Source of the DNA: Patescibacteria group bacterium
Lineage (GTDB): Bacteria > Patescibacteriota > Microgenomatia > Levybacterales > UBA12049
Assembly: GCA_038064195.1 (NCBI GenBank)
Contig: JBBTTO010000003.1
Location: 178,428-242,427 of the forward strand
Reading direction: 5' to 3'
Length of the DNA: 64,000 nt
Each line of letters begins with the position of its first letter. The first letter of the stretch is position 1. The position numbers and the translations under genes are program-made. Of this stretch, positions 52,473 through 61,865 are shown in pieces. The notes under the pieces are model-generated. The model did no database searches and had not been told where the DNA came from. It saw only the letters and a program-made list of their open reading frames with translations.

Positions 52473-52632
52473 TGCAGGGAGTGGCGCAATCTATGGTATC
52501 GGAGTCCTGGGCGCACTGGTCTATTTTCTCCAACACGCAACCTCTTTTCTGGGAGGGGTAATCGGGATTTTTGAAGCGATTTTCTGGCCGGGAGTTGTTC
52601 TCTATAAGGTATTGGAGATGTTAAAAATGTAG
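52462..52632 (+). CDS. 56-aa small membrane protein (below ORF-track threshold)
   Basis: MKNNAGSGAIYGIGVLGALVYFLQHATSFLGGVIGIFEAIFWPGVVLYKVLEMLKM has two hydrophobic helices. Its ATG overlaps the upstream stop (gATGaaaaaTAA). Confidence 0.4.
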   Translation: MKNNAGSGAIYGIGVLGALVYFLQHATSFLGGVIGIFEAIFWPGVVLYKVLEMLKM

Positions 52633-52735
52633 AGAGAAAGCTATGGACAGACTGCTAAAGAATGTCCAGTAGTGATCCCGCTTTCCCGGAGAAAAAAATA
52701 GGGGAAATAGTATCTCAAAAGGCTCTATTTAAAAA

Positions 52736-53200
52736 ATGAAGTATTCCGTTCTTATTTTCTCAATCTTATTTTGCCTTGGGGCCGGGGCGATAGGGTCATT
52801 TTTTACGTTCTCTGCTATCCCCACGTGGTATATATATCTGGACAAACCGGCTTTTTCTCCGCCAAACTGGATTTTCGGACCTGTCTGGACAACGCTTTAT
52901 ATTTTGATGGGAATTTCCCTCTATCTGGTTCTCATGTCAGAGAATAAAAAAAGAAAAAAAGCCGTCAGGATTTTTATGCTGCAATTAATGCTGAATATAG
53001 CCTGGTCTATTTTCTTTTTTGGATTTAAAAATGCGACTCTGGGATTTGTGGATATTATTTTACTGCTTTTGACTATCATTTTGACTGCCAAAGTCTTTTA
53101 TCATATCTCAAAACCGGCAAGTTATTTACTCATCCCTTATATAGCGTGGGTAAGCTTTGCTGCTGTTTTGAATTTCTCCATTATAGTTCTCAACAGGTGA
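52736..53200 (+). CDS. tspO: TspO/MBR (tryptophan-rich sensory protein) family
   Basis: FSPPNWIFGPVWTTLYILMGISLYLV and 5 TM helices. Confidence 0.8.
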   Translation: MKYSVLIFSILFCLGAGAIGSFFTFSAIPTWYIYLDKPAFSPPNWIFGPVWTTLYILMGISLYLVLMSENKKRKKAVRIFMLQLMLNIAWSIFFFGFKNATLGFVDIILLLLTIILTAKVFYHISKPASYLLIPYIAWVSFAAVLNFSIIVLNR

Positions 53201-53379
53201 ATCTCGGCTGTTTAAAAGAAAGTACCAATGAAAGCAGGTTTTATCAGTTTTTAGCACGACGCGCGATAACGATAAAGCGCTTAATATCAGCAAAGCCGGA
53301 ACATGTATAGAGAATCAATGTTTCCTCCTCATTTGTCTGATTAAAGATATCGACCTGATCTGAGGAGACCTCAGTTATC

Positions 53380-54642
53380 TTATCTAAAGCCCAATCTCTG
53401 AACCGGCTTCCAGTGATTGATGTCTTTCCCAAGGCTGGATCGTAAGGCGGGAAGATTTATCAATGACTTAAGAAGTGCCGTGTATTCGACATAGCTTAAA
53501 ACGTAGAAAAGGAAATACATAACAGGAGCAAGCATGATATAGCGGATTTTATTTTTAAAACTGAGTGATTCTTCAGTTAGGATATTCAGTATTAAGTAAC
53601 CCGATATAACAAGAAAGGCTGATAAAAAAGTGAAGACGTCATGAACTTTAATAAGTAAAAAAAGAATATATAAGACAAAAAAAGGTTCGAGCAAGAACGC
53701 GAGATCGCTGAATATCGCGTAGGGAAGGTAAATCCAGGTGAGAGGTTTGGTAAATCTTTTATCTGTTGTAAAAAACATCGATTTATTTTTGAGGAATGTC
53801 TGGCATCGACCCCATTTCCAGCGGTATCGCTGCCTGATAAGGTCTTTAATCGAAACAACACCTTGAGTATAGGCGATAACGTCAGAGGCATACACAACTC
53901 TGGTATTTTTATTCCCGTTTTTAAGGAGCTTCATCGTCAGATCGATATCTTCAGTTACGGTATTTCCGTCATAATAACCGACTTGATCAAGGATTTCTTT
54001 TCTGAAGACAGACCCTATGCCGCCGATAATATATTCGATATTAAAGACTGTCTGAGCTCTTTTCATCCGGTAACAGACTATATATTCAAATCTTTGAATG
54101 AGGTTAAGGACTCCTTTATCTCTTTCAATTTTTACATTTGAAGCAATCGCTGCTACCTGAGGATTTTCAAAGTATTTGACAATATTTTGAAGAGCATTTT
54201 TATCCAGATAGGAATCAGCATCAAGACACATCACAAGTTCTCCTGTTGAGAAATTTTTCATGCCATTATTAAGTGCGGCTGCTTTTCCTGATCTTTTTTG
54301 ACTGACTACCGTTACATAGTTATTTTTAGTAAAGCCTGAAGAAGTAAGTATGGCGAGGGTTTCATCTGTTGAGCCATCATCCACGACGATAATTTCGGTT
54401 TTATCGAGCGGATAGTTATTTCCCAGCACAGATGTCACAGAATGAAGAATGCTGGGTGCCTCATTATGAGCGGGGATGACGACACTTATTTTGGGGTAGT
54501 TTTTTATCGTATGATTTTTATACCGGAGATGGTGGAGAAATGAATAAATATCCGAGCCGATTAAAAATAACGACATTCTTATGAGGTTAATGATGCCGAA
54601 AAATATGATAAGGAAGGTGATAATCTGAAGAAAAAAGAGCAT
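53380..54642 (-). CDS. Family-2 glycosyltransferase, processive synthase type (PgaC/IcaA/cellulose-synthase-like)
   Basis: PAHNEAPS, DDGSTDET, CLDADS (DxD) and QRYRWKWG (QxxRW). Integrated TM helices. Confidence 0.8.
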   Translation of the reverse strand: MLFFLQIITFLIIFFGIINLIRMSLFLIGSDIYSFLHHLRYKNHTIKNYPKISVVIPAHNEAPSILHSVTSVLGNNYPLDKTEIIVVDDGSTDETLAILTSSGFTKNNYVTVVSQKRSGKAAALNNGMKNFSTGELVMCLDADSYLDKNALQNIVKYFENPQVAAIASNVKIERDKGVLNLIQRFEYIVCYRMKRAQTVFNIEYIIGGIGSVFRKEILDQVGYYDGNTVTEDIDLTMKLLKNGNKNTRVVYASDVIAYTQGVVSIKDLIRQRYRWKWGRCQTFLKNKSMFFTTDKRFTKPLTWIYLPYAIFSDLAFLLEPFFVLYILFLLIKVHDVFTFLSAFLVISGYLILNILTEESLSFKNKIRYIMLAPVMYFLFYVLSYVEYTALLKSLINLPALRSSLGKDINHWKPVQRLGFR

Positions 54643-54645
54643 ATA

Positions 54646-54813
54646 TTAACGAAGCAGGAGTTTTAAAATACGCGTTCCGAGAGCAATAGAGATAACTGAT
54701 GCCCCGCAAAGTATAGAAAGAACAAAAAGAAAATGATAGAGCATTTCCCCTCTGGCCAATGATATGCCGAGTGCTGAAAGTGACGATAAACCTAAAATTG
54801 AAGTTCCGATCAT
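54646..54813 (-). CDS. 55-aa small membrane protein immediately upstream of the GT2 gene (below ORF-track threshold)
   Basis: MIGTSILGLSSLSALGISLARGEMLYHFLFVLSILCGASVISIALGTRILKLLLR. Its stop lies 4 nt before the GT2 ATG. Confidence 0.3.
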   Translation of the reverse strand: MIGTSILGLSSLSALGISLARGEMLYHFLFVLSILCGASVISIALGTRILKLLLR

Positions 54814-55065
54814 AATTGTTCAGGGGATTGTATACTAATAAGATCCTATAGTCAACTCCGACTTGCGTTTCGTCTAAAGCTTCGGCCAGCCTCGCCGTCC
54901 ACCTCGGATCAACCGAGTCGAGACGGGAGTCTAGGCGGGCAAGGCGAGTTGAATCGAAGTCAAAGATACTTTTTAGGGCTCAATATCAGGGTGTGATAGA
55001 AATCACATACGGGAATTTATCTTAAGCATAAGATATCCATTATGGGAGGATTGGGGATTGAAGGT

Positions 55066-55326
55066 ATGACTCACCAGCAAAGAGTCGCTCACAGAATAAA
55101 AATTGCCAAGGGGCATCTGGAAACTGTTCTTAAAATGGTTGAGGGGGAGAGATATTGTATTGATGTTATTAACCAGTCGAGAGCAGTGCAAAATGCTTTA
55201 AAAGAGATTGATTATCTTCTTTTAGAAAACCATCTTCAAACCTGCGTGGTAGATCTTGTTCATAAAGGGAAAGCAAAACAGTCAGTTGAGGAAATAATGA
55301 GACTTTTCAAAAGTAACGATAAATAA
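55066..55326 (+). CDS. csoR: CsoR/RcnR-family metal-sensing transcriptional repressor (copper-sensing CsoR-like)
   Basis: HLETVLKMVEGERYCIDVINQSRAVQNALKEIDYLLLENHLQTCV has the conserved Cys and His/Cys ligands in CsoR-like positions. Confidence 0.75.
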   Translation: MTHQQRVAHRIKIAKGHLETVLKMVEGERYCIDVINQSRAVQNALKEIDYLLLENHLQTCVVDLVHKGKAKQSVEEIMRLFKSNDK

Positions 55327-55327
55327 T

Positions 55328-55864
55328 ATGGCAGATAAAAAATTCATTATCATAGTTGCAATAATCACCTTAGTTATCATGCTTGGTGGTATTGCTTTGG
55401 TTAATAGTTCTTCGTCAACTCCTCAAATTTTGAGCTCAGAAAACGCCCGCCTGCAATTGTCTTCGCAAAGCGATGGCGGGCAGGCAAAAGCGGAAACAGT
55501 AGAACCAACAAGCTATGATTGGGGAAACATTTCGTATAGTGGTACTAAGGCAACAAAGACATTTGCTATCAGGAATACGGGAAGTGATCCTCTCAAGCTC
55601 TTTAATGTTAAAACCTCTTGTCATTGTACGAAAGCGCATGTAACAATTGATGGGAAAGACAGCCCAGATTTTGGAATGAGTGGTATTTCCAGCTGGGCAG
55701 GAGAAGTCCCCGTCGGTAAAGAAGCAAAAGTAACTGTTATTTTTGATCAAGCATTTCATGGCCCACAAGGTATTGGTCCCATTACCCGTTTTGTTTCCAT
55801 AGAAACAAATGATAGAGGTACTCCGAAGATTACATTTACGCTTACAGGAACCGTTGTAAAATGA
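55328..55864 (+). CDS. DUF1573-domain secreted protein
   Basis: TM anchor. FAIRNTGSDPLKLFNVKTSCHCT is the DUF1573 (TSC-x-CT) signature. Confidence 0.65.
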   Translation: MADKKFIIIVAIITLVIMLGGIALVNSSSSTPQILSSENARLQLSSQSDGGQAKAETVEPTSYDWGNISYSGTKATKTFAIRNTGSDPLKLFNVKTSCHCTKAHVTIDGKDSPDFGMSGISSWAGEVPVGKEAKVTVIFDQAFHGPQGIGPITRFVSIETNDRGTPKITFTLTGTVVK

Positions 55865-56817
55865 AAAAAAATGATGAATATATCGAATTAAAAATACCTC
55901 AGATTATCTTCAGAACAATTCCGTTATGGCTAGTGATACTCCTTGTCATTAATTCATCAATGCTTGTTGGATTTACCGAGTACTATTTCATGAAAAAAAT
56001 TTTTAACGATACTGTTGTTGAACTTTCTAAAAAAACAAAATCATCTGAAGAATTGTTTCAGGTAGTAAAACAGCAAGTAATTCCACAAAAAGGATTCACT
56101 CTCGGCGTTGTATGGCATGATATCGGCAAGCAGTTACTCGACTCAGGGGTTATTGATCAACAAAAGTATGACGAACTTTTTGTTAATGACCCTCAAGAGG
56201 AAGAAGCGATGAAGTATTTGACCAGTTCTTCAAAAGACCACATGAAAATTGATGAAAGAAACTCGCGTTTTATGGTGAATACACTTTGGGCTATTGGTTT
56301 GGTGAATAAAAACAGACTTTTAGACGAGGGAGACATGAAAGTAGAAGGAGAGGGGAATCCTATGAAATTCAGCTCAACAGGCGGATGGAATTTAGGCGCA
56401 AAACCGACCAGAGAGCTGTATTCTTCGACTCCGCTTATTAGTCTTTCTTTTCAGCAAGCAGAGCTTGTTAAAAAGATTGCTCAAAATGTGTATCGTCCCT
56501 GCTGTAACAATCCGACATCATTTCCTGATTGTAATCACGGCATGGCAGCACTTGGTTATATTGAGCTCGCTGTCAGCCAGGGTCTTTCAGAAAGAGAAAT
56601 CTATAAAGACGTTCTTGCGCTCAATTCGTTTTGGTTTCCACAAACATATCTAGAGCAGGCAATATATTTCCAAAAGCAAGCTAAGGCATGGGGCAGTATC
56701 GATGCGAAAGTCGCCTTATCAAAAAAATACTCCTCAGCCCAGGGAGCACAAATAGTCAGTCAGTCCATACAAGACGTACCTGGTTTGCAAGCGCCCGGGG
56801 GAGGATGCGCAGCCTAA
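55861..56817 (+). CDS. Membrane-anchored hypothetical protein with a Cys/His cluster (YRPCCNNPTSFPDCNHGM)
   Basis: N-terminal TM helix. Candidate metal-binding site. Confidence 0.45.
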   Translation: MKKNDEYIELKIPQIIFRTIPLWLVILLVINSSMLVGFTEYYFMKKIFNDTVVELSKKTKSSEELFQVVKQQVIPQKGFTLGVVWHDIGKQLLDSGVIDQQKYDELFVNDPQEEEAMKYLTSSSKDHMKIDERNSRFMVNTLWAIGLVNKNRLLDEGDMKVEGEGNPMKFSSTGGWNLGAKPTRELYSSTPLISLSFQQAELVKKIAQNVYRPCCNNPTSFPDCNHGMAALGYIELAVSQGLSEREIYKDVLALNSFWFPQTYLEQAIYFQKQAKAWGSIDAKVALSKKYSSAQGAQIVSQSIQDVPGLQAPGGGCAA

Positions 56818-56818
56818 T

Positions 56819-57652
56819 ATGGAATCAATACTTTTACAAACATCACTTATTGCCGCTTTTGTCGCAGGTATCGTAGCATTGTTTGCCCCTTGTTGCATTT
56901 CATTTTTACTACCGGCGTACCTCGGTAACGTCTTTAAAGAGAAAGAAAAAGTAGTATTGATGACGCTCATTTTTGGTGCCGGTATTTTTGCGGTTATGAT
57001 GCCCGCCGTTCTGGGTGTTGCAGCGTTATCTAAGTTTTTATTTGAATATCATGACAGTATTTATTATCTTGGCGGGTTTGTCATGATACTTTCGGCAGTC
57101 ATAACTTTTTTAGGGCTGAAATTTCCAATGCCCCAATTACCAGGCGGTGATACACGAAAAACTGATCCTTTGTCTGTATTTACCCTCGGTATATTTTCAG
57201 GTATTACCAGCGCGTGTTGCGCGCCGGTTCTCATCGGTATATTGGCATTGACATTTTTATCTCCTAACTTTTTTGGGGCCTTAGCAATAGGTGGTATGTA
57301 TGTTTTGGGAATGGTCATGCCACTTTTATTTATTGCCGTATTTCTTTCGGGAAAGATGACAAAGTTCATGTTTTTGAGAAAGAAAGTATTCAGTTTTCAA
57401 TTTTTAGGTAAAGAACGTACGGTGATTGTTAGTAATTTAATTGCAAGTATCATTTTTTTCCTCACAGGTATTTTAATAATCTATCTTAAATCTATCGGCA
57501 GGCTTGGTATGGAAGACACAGAAGGATTTACGAAGATGATCACCAATGCGAGCGGTTATGTTAATCAATTTGCGGGAGGGAACATGTTGCTTAACCTGAT
57601 ATTTGTAGCAGCTCTTATTTTTGTTCTTTATAAGATTGCAAAAAAGGTATAA
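56819..57652 (+). CDS. DsbD/CcdA-like polytopic membrane protein with two intramembrane Cys-Cys dyads
   Basis: About 8 TM helices. FAPCCISFLLP and SACCAPVL sit at the positions of the CcdA redox cysteines but are doubled. Confidence 0.5.
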   Translation: MESILLQTSLIAAFVAGIVALFAPCCISFLLPAYLGNVFKEKEKVVLMTLIFGAGIFAVMMPAVLGVAALSKFLFEYHDSIYYLGGFVMILSAVITFLGLKFPMPQLPGGDTRKTDPLSVFTLGIFSGITSACCAPVLIGILALTFLSPNFFGALAIGGMYVLGMVMPLLFIAVFLSGKMTKFMFLRKKVFSFQFLGKERTVIVSNLIASIIFFLTGILIIYLKSIGRLGMEDTEGFTKMITNASGYVNQFAGGNMLLNLIFVAALIFVLYKIAKKV

Positions 57653-57686
57653 GCTGAATATATATAAGAGTAAAGAGGTGAGTAGT

Positions 57687-58325
57687 ATGAAAAGAGACCC
57701 GTTAGTATATGGAATAGTTAGTTTTCTTATCGGAGGTGTCATCGTGTGGTTCTTGGCAACGACAGCAGTGAACAATAACCAGTATGGCATGATGCAGATG
57801 ATGGGATTGCGCGGGGGATATCAGAGTATGATCGGTAGCTCAAGCACGATTGATGCTCACTTTATCGAGCAAATGATTCCTCATCACGAAGACGCAATAA
57901 CTATGGCAAAGCTGGCCCTTACAAAAGCAAAACGGACAGAAGTAAAAGAGTTAGCTCAAAATATTATTGACTCACAAGGGAAGGAAATAGACCGGATGAA
58001 AAGTTGGTATAAAGACTGGTATGGAAAAGAAGTACCTTCCGGGGTAAATGTGATGGGTAGACATGGGATGATGGGCAGTAATGGGATGCACATGGGAGTG
58101 ATGGGAGATGAAACTGATTTATCAAGGCTTGAACAAGCAAAGGATTTTGATCGAGCGTTTGTTGAAGAAATGATTCCGCATCATCAAATGGCCGTCATGA
58201 TGGCAAGTATGCTGAAAGATGGAACACAGCGTCCGGAAATGGAGAAACTTGCTAATGATATTATTACTGCCCAAACGAATGAAATAGACCAGATGAGGGG
58301 TTGGTTGCAAAATTGGGAGATATAA
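57687..58325 (+). CDS. DUF305-domain protein (two HH-containing repeats), membrane-anchored
   Basis: FIEQMIPHHEDAITMA and FVEEMIPHHQMAVMMA are the duplicated DUF305 motif. AAAGAGGTGA RBS. The ORF-track start at 57621 is too long. Confidence 0.7.
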   Translation: MKRDPLVYGIVSFLIGGVIVWFLATTAVNNNQYGMMQMMGLRGGYQSMIGSSSTIDAHFIEQMIPHHEDAITMAKLALTKAKRTEVKELAQNIIDSQGKEIDRMKSWYKDWYGKEVPSGVNVMGRHGMMGSNGMHMGVMGDETDLSRLEQAKDFDRAFVEEMIPHHQMAVMMASMLKDGTQRPEMEKLANDIITAQTNEIDQMRGWLQNWEI

Positions 58326-58329
58326 GGAG

Positions 58330-58602
58330 GTGAGGAATATGTTGAACGCAAAAGCATTTGCGAATGCAAGTACTCTTGTACTTCTCGCAGTATATGTAGT
58401 TTGTCGAGTCGTATCACTGGTAGCGCCTGACTTTCTTTTTAGTATTGCTAAAAGCTGGTTTCATACAATTAGTGTTGACAGCTTAAGGGGAATAAGTCCA
58501 ATGGATTTGGGGACATTTTTATTCGGAGGGATAGCCTTAGCTGTTTTAGTTTGGGTGACAACCTACGCGACAATTACTCTCTATAACCGTTGGGCAAAAT
58601 AA
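58330..58602 (+). CDS. Small membrane protein
   Basis: 90 aa, 2-3 TM helices. Last gene of the CsoR cluster. Confidence 0.4.
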   Translation: MRNMLNAKAFANASTLVLLAVYVVCRVVSLVAPDFLFSIAKSWFHTISVDSLRGISPMDLGTFLFGGIALAVLVWVTTYATITLYNRWAK

Positions 58603-58659
58603 GGGGAGCTTATTATCTGATCTGAGTCAGAAAGTAGACACACTATCAGGTTAGTGTTG

Positions 58660-59433
58660 CTAGTGCTTATCCATCTGAGAAAATCTTTTGAAGAGTTTTA
58701 TAATTACTGCTGTTCCAATAAGACCAATTCCCAGTAAAAAGAGCAGGTAATACGCAGGAGTTAATACTTCAGCTACCTGTACTGTTATTTCATGAGGAAG
58801 AATTGGGATTGGCCCGCCCCTTCCTTGTGCATCAATGGAAGGTTTTGTGGTTCTGATAAGTAGTAAAAATATCATAGGAAGAGTGCTCACTAATAGCAAT
58901 ACAACAGCCGGACTGATCAATTTACCATAGCGATAGCTAAAATAAATCAAGCCGGCCATACATAAAGTAAGCGGAATGAAACTTAGTAAAAATAGGGTAA
59001 AAATAGTGGAATGCAGACTCTCATTGATAAAGGCAAGAATTCCCGCCTGTTTTTTTGTTTGTTCATCAGTTCGTTGATAATAAAACGGCTCAACCACCTG
59101 TCTGAAGATTTTCAACCTAATCTCTCTGGGAGAAAGTTTTTCAAGATCTGATTTTGTTATCGTGATATTCTTGTCAGGCAGGGGATGTAACACGTTTTGT
59201 CCGGATAACTCGAGTTTTTGCTTTACCTCCTCAATACCTTTAGAGTCGTCAAGTCCTTCAGGACTAAATTGAGTTGCGACGACTGCAGTTGCCAGTGGTA
59301 TAGCGATTTGTGCGCTGGTCAGGGTAGAGAGAGTAGAGAGACTGATAGTGAGTGAGAGGAGTAATGTCGTCAGAATCCCGAAAATCCATTTGAGATCGAC
59401 ATGCCAGTATGGTCTGACTTTTTCTTTTATCAT
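58660..59433 (-). CDS. Integral membrane hypothetical protein
   Basis: 257 aa, about 6 TM helices. Confidence 0.45.
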   Translation of the reverse strand: MIKEKVRPYWHVDLKWIFGILTTLLLSLTISLSTLSTLTSAQIAIPLATAVVATQFSPEGLDDSKGIEEVKQKLELSGQNVLHPLPDKNITITKSDLEKLSPREIRLKIFRQVVEPFYYQRTDEQTKKQAGILAFINESLHSTIFTLFLLSFIPLTLCMAGLIYFSYRYGKLISPAVVLLLVSTLPMIFLLLIRTTKPSIDAQGRGGPIPILPHEITVQVAEVLTPAYYLLFLLGIGLIGTAVIIKLFKRFSQMDKH

Positions 59434-59547
59434 AGTTCAGTTCTAGTATTACATGTTACAGAATACTCAGCAAGATCATAGTCTGTTTTCGTGTTCTTTT
59501 GGGGATATTCCTTGACAGAAGTAGCCCCGATTTTGTTAAATTGATGT

Positions 59548-60858
59548 ATGCCCGGAAAGAAAGCAAGAAAAACTAGTGTAAAAAGATCCCGTGCCACTCG
59601 TACTTCTCAGGTAAAAATTGTCGTTATATTTTTACTACTCCTTGGAATTGCTTTAATTGCCAGATCAGTAATGCTCCATGAGAACTACAAGGTACTTGGA
59701 GCTTCAACGCTTCTCGCCAGAGGCGGGGATGACTCCGGTAGTGGTGATGGTGGGGGAGGTAGTAACTCAGGAAGCGCCTCTTCGGGCAGTTCTGATTCTG
59801 GAAGCAGTGGTACCTCAGGCAGTACCGGTGGTAGCAATGGATCAGGGAATACCTCAGGCGGCTCCGGATCCGGTGGGAGTGATTCATCAGGATCCAGTAC
59901 TTCAAGTGGTGGATCAAGTAGCATCAGTGTCTCAGATAATACAAGGGTAATATGTACTGGACCTGATGGAAAGAAATTCGAAACAAAACGTAAAGATTGT
60001 GAAGAATTAAATAAAGCATGGAATAAACCTGTCAGCTTTACCGTGCTTCCTAATAAATCTAAATCACAACCTGTAAAAACAGAAACACGTACTCGATCTG
60101 TAGCACCATCTGTTAATCCTTCAATCAGTGAAACACCAGAAGTGGAAAATGAAGATGATGATTCAGGCGTCGAGACGAAAACAGAATCCAATGGAAACGA
60201 AGAAAGAACTGAAGTCAGGCTTTCTGAAACCGAAAGAATTCGAACAAGAATAAAAGACGGCAGAACCCGTATCGATATTACATCTGGTGGAATCAAAACA
60301 CGTTTGGAGGTCAGAGATGATCGGGTAGTCATAAAAGCTGAGCAGGAAGATGGTACAGAAGTTGAGTTAGAAGATGATGCCTTGTTAAAGATTGATGATA
60401 GGTTGGCAAAAAACAGTATCAAAATAGCAACAGCCGGAGCGGAGAAGTTCTTAGTCCAAAAAGGAGCTACAGCAGCTATCACAGATTTTCCTGTCTCAGT
60501 TGATCTTGCAACGAATACTGTCTTTGTGGATACGCCGAATGGAGAAAAATCCCTGACGGTACTTCCTGAACAGGCAATTCAAAACCTCATCGCAGCAAAT
60601 GTTGTGAATAGAATCGGAGGAGAAGCACTGGTTAACGAAGCAACAAATAATAATCTAACGTCTGTAAGCCAGTTAATTACTCTTGGTGAGAAAAACGGAA
60701 TACCTATCTATGAAATAACCGGAGTTTCAGATCAGAAACTACTTGGATTTATCCCAGTCGTAATTGAAAAAGAAGTTGTTGTTTCAGCTGAGACGGGGAA
60801 CGCTCTTTCTATCAATGAGTCCTTAGGTGCAAGAATTCTTGACGCAATTTCCTTCTAA
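59548..60858 (+). CDS. Secreted protein with a long Gly/Ser low-complexity linker
   Basis: TM anchor, an approx 90-aa G/S/D-rich stretch, then a structured C-terminal domain. Confidence 0.5.
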   Translation: MPGKKARKTSVKRSRATRTSQVKIVVIFLLLLGIALIARSVMLHENYKVLGASTLLARGGDDSGSGDGGGGSNSGSASSGSSDSGSSGTSGSTGGSNGSGNTSGGSGSGGSDSSGSSTSSGGSSSISVSDNTRVICTGPDGKKFETKRKDCEELNKAWNKPVSFTVLPNKSKSQPVKTETRTRSVAPSVNPSISETPEVENEDDDSGVETKTESNGNEERTEVRLSETERIRTRIKDGRTRIDITSGGIKTRLEVRDDRVVIKAEQEDGTEVELEDDALLKIDDRLAKNSIKIATAGAEKFLVQKGATAAITDFPVSVDLATNTVFVDTPNGEKSLTVLPEQAIQNLIAANVVNRIGGEALVNEATNNNLTSVSQLITLGEKNGIPIYEITGVSDQKLLGFIPVVIEKEVVVSAETGNALSINESLGARILDAISF

Positions 60859-60861
60859 TTT

Positions 60862-61344
60862 ATGAAAAAGGCTGAGGTAATGTTATCGCTGCTAAGAATT
60901 GCCATGGGAGTTCTTTTCACGTGGGCTTTTTTTGATAAAGTTTTCGGACTCGGATTTGCCACGACTTCTGCTAGGGCGTGGATTCATGGCGGATCTCCGA
61001 CTTCCGGATTTCTAAAATTTACTGATGGAACATTCTCACCCATCTTCCAGTTTCTTTCAGGAATTCAAATTATTGACTGGTTATTTATGCTGGGGTTGTT
61101 AGGGATTGGACTGGCGATGCTGTCAGGAATCGGATTACGTATCGCGGGATATGCGGGTGCTGTCTTTGGCGTTTTACTTTATTTGTCAGTCTTTCCACCC
61201 CAAAATAATCCGGTCATTGATGAACATCTTATTTATTCCTTAATTTTTCTCGTATTCTCAACAGGTGAGGTTGGACGTCGGTATAGTCTCTATTTATGGT
61301 GGAGTAAGCAGGCTTTGGTTAAAAAGTATTCATTTCTTCAATAA
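60862..61344 (+). CDS. DoxX-family membrane protein
   Basis: LRIAMGVLFTWAFFDKVFGLG and 4 TM helices. Confidence 0.5.
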   Translation: MKKAEVMLSLLRIAMGVLFTWAFFDKVFGLGFATTSARAWIHGGSPTSGFLKFTDGTFSPIFQFLSGIQIIDWLFMLGLLGIGLAMLSGIGLRIAGYAGAVFGVLLYLSVFPPQNNPVIDEHLIYSLIFLVFSTGEVGRRYSLYLWWSKQALVKKYSFLQ

Positions 61345-61380
61345 TTTTCATTTCAGATATTCACTCTAATGATCCACGAT

Positions 61381-61611
61381 TTACGTTTTAGTTTGTGTTA
61401 TTTCAAATTGCTTATTTTTAGATTTGTGTCCTGATAGCAAGGTGACAGCTCCCTTTTTAACGTGAAAGTGTCTGGCTAATGCCTCTAAGACTGCCTTATT
61501 TGCTTTATCTTCAAGAGGAGGTTCACTGACGTAGACATGAAGATTTTCTAAGAGGTCTATCTCTACTCGTGGCTTCTTTGAATTAGGATGGGTAATGACT
61601 GAAGTTCTCAC
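61381..61611 (-). CDS. DUF167 (YggU/UPF0235) family protein
   Basis: PLEDKANKAVLEALARHFHVKKGAVTLLSGHKSKNKQFEI matches the GKAN...SG.TSR.K family pattern. Confidence 0.6.
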   Translation of the reverse strand: MRTSVITHPNSKKPRVEIDLLENLHVYVSEPPLEDKANKAVLEALARHFHVKKGAVTLLSGHKSKNKQFEITQTKT

Positions 61612-61661
61612 ACTGAAATTATTATAACGGATTTACCTTCCACTTTTGCTAGAATGAAAGT

Positions 61662-61817
61662 ATGGGAAAAATAAATAAAGAGTGGCACGAAGCCAACAAA
61701 ATGTCTAAGAACCCAACCCTTGAGCAAAGAATTAAGTGGCATACTGAACACCAAAAGAATTGCCAGTGTTGGCCAATACCTTTAAAACTTCTTGAGGAGA
61801 TAAAAAAGCAAAAATAA
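61662..61817 (+). CDS. 51-aa hypothetical small protein (below ORF-track threshold)
   Basis: MGKINKEWHEANKMSKNPTLEQRIKWHTEHQKNCQCWPIPLKLLEEIKKQK. TGcTAGAAT lies just upstream. Confidence 0.3.
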   Translation: MGKINKEWHEANKMSKNPTLEQRIKWHTEHQKNCQCWPIPLKLLEEIKKQK

Positions 61818-61850
61818 GCAAAACTTTTCTTCGAATAAGGCTGCAGGTTC

Positions 61851-61859
61851 TGCTATAAT
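61851..61859 (+). promoter_or_regulatory. Extended -10 TGcTATAAT 6 nt upstream of the ychF ATG (leaderless)
   Basis: Read directly. Confidence 0.5.
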
Positions 61860-61865
61860 CTCAGG

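Noticed and set aside
54845-54960. GC-rich segment checked as a possible tRNA or tmRNA
   Set aside because: It lacks a cloverleaf with a 7-bp acceptor stem and a GTTCRANYC T-loop. No tRNA-like sequence was found anywhere in the window by eye.
59685-60482. 265-aa minus-strand ORF antisense to the G/S-rich secreted protein
   Set aside because: Low-complexity antisense of a Gly/Ser-coding repeat.
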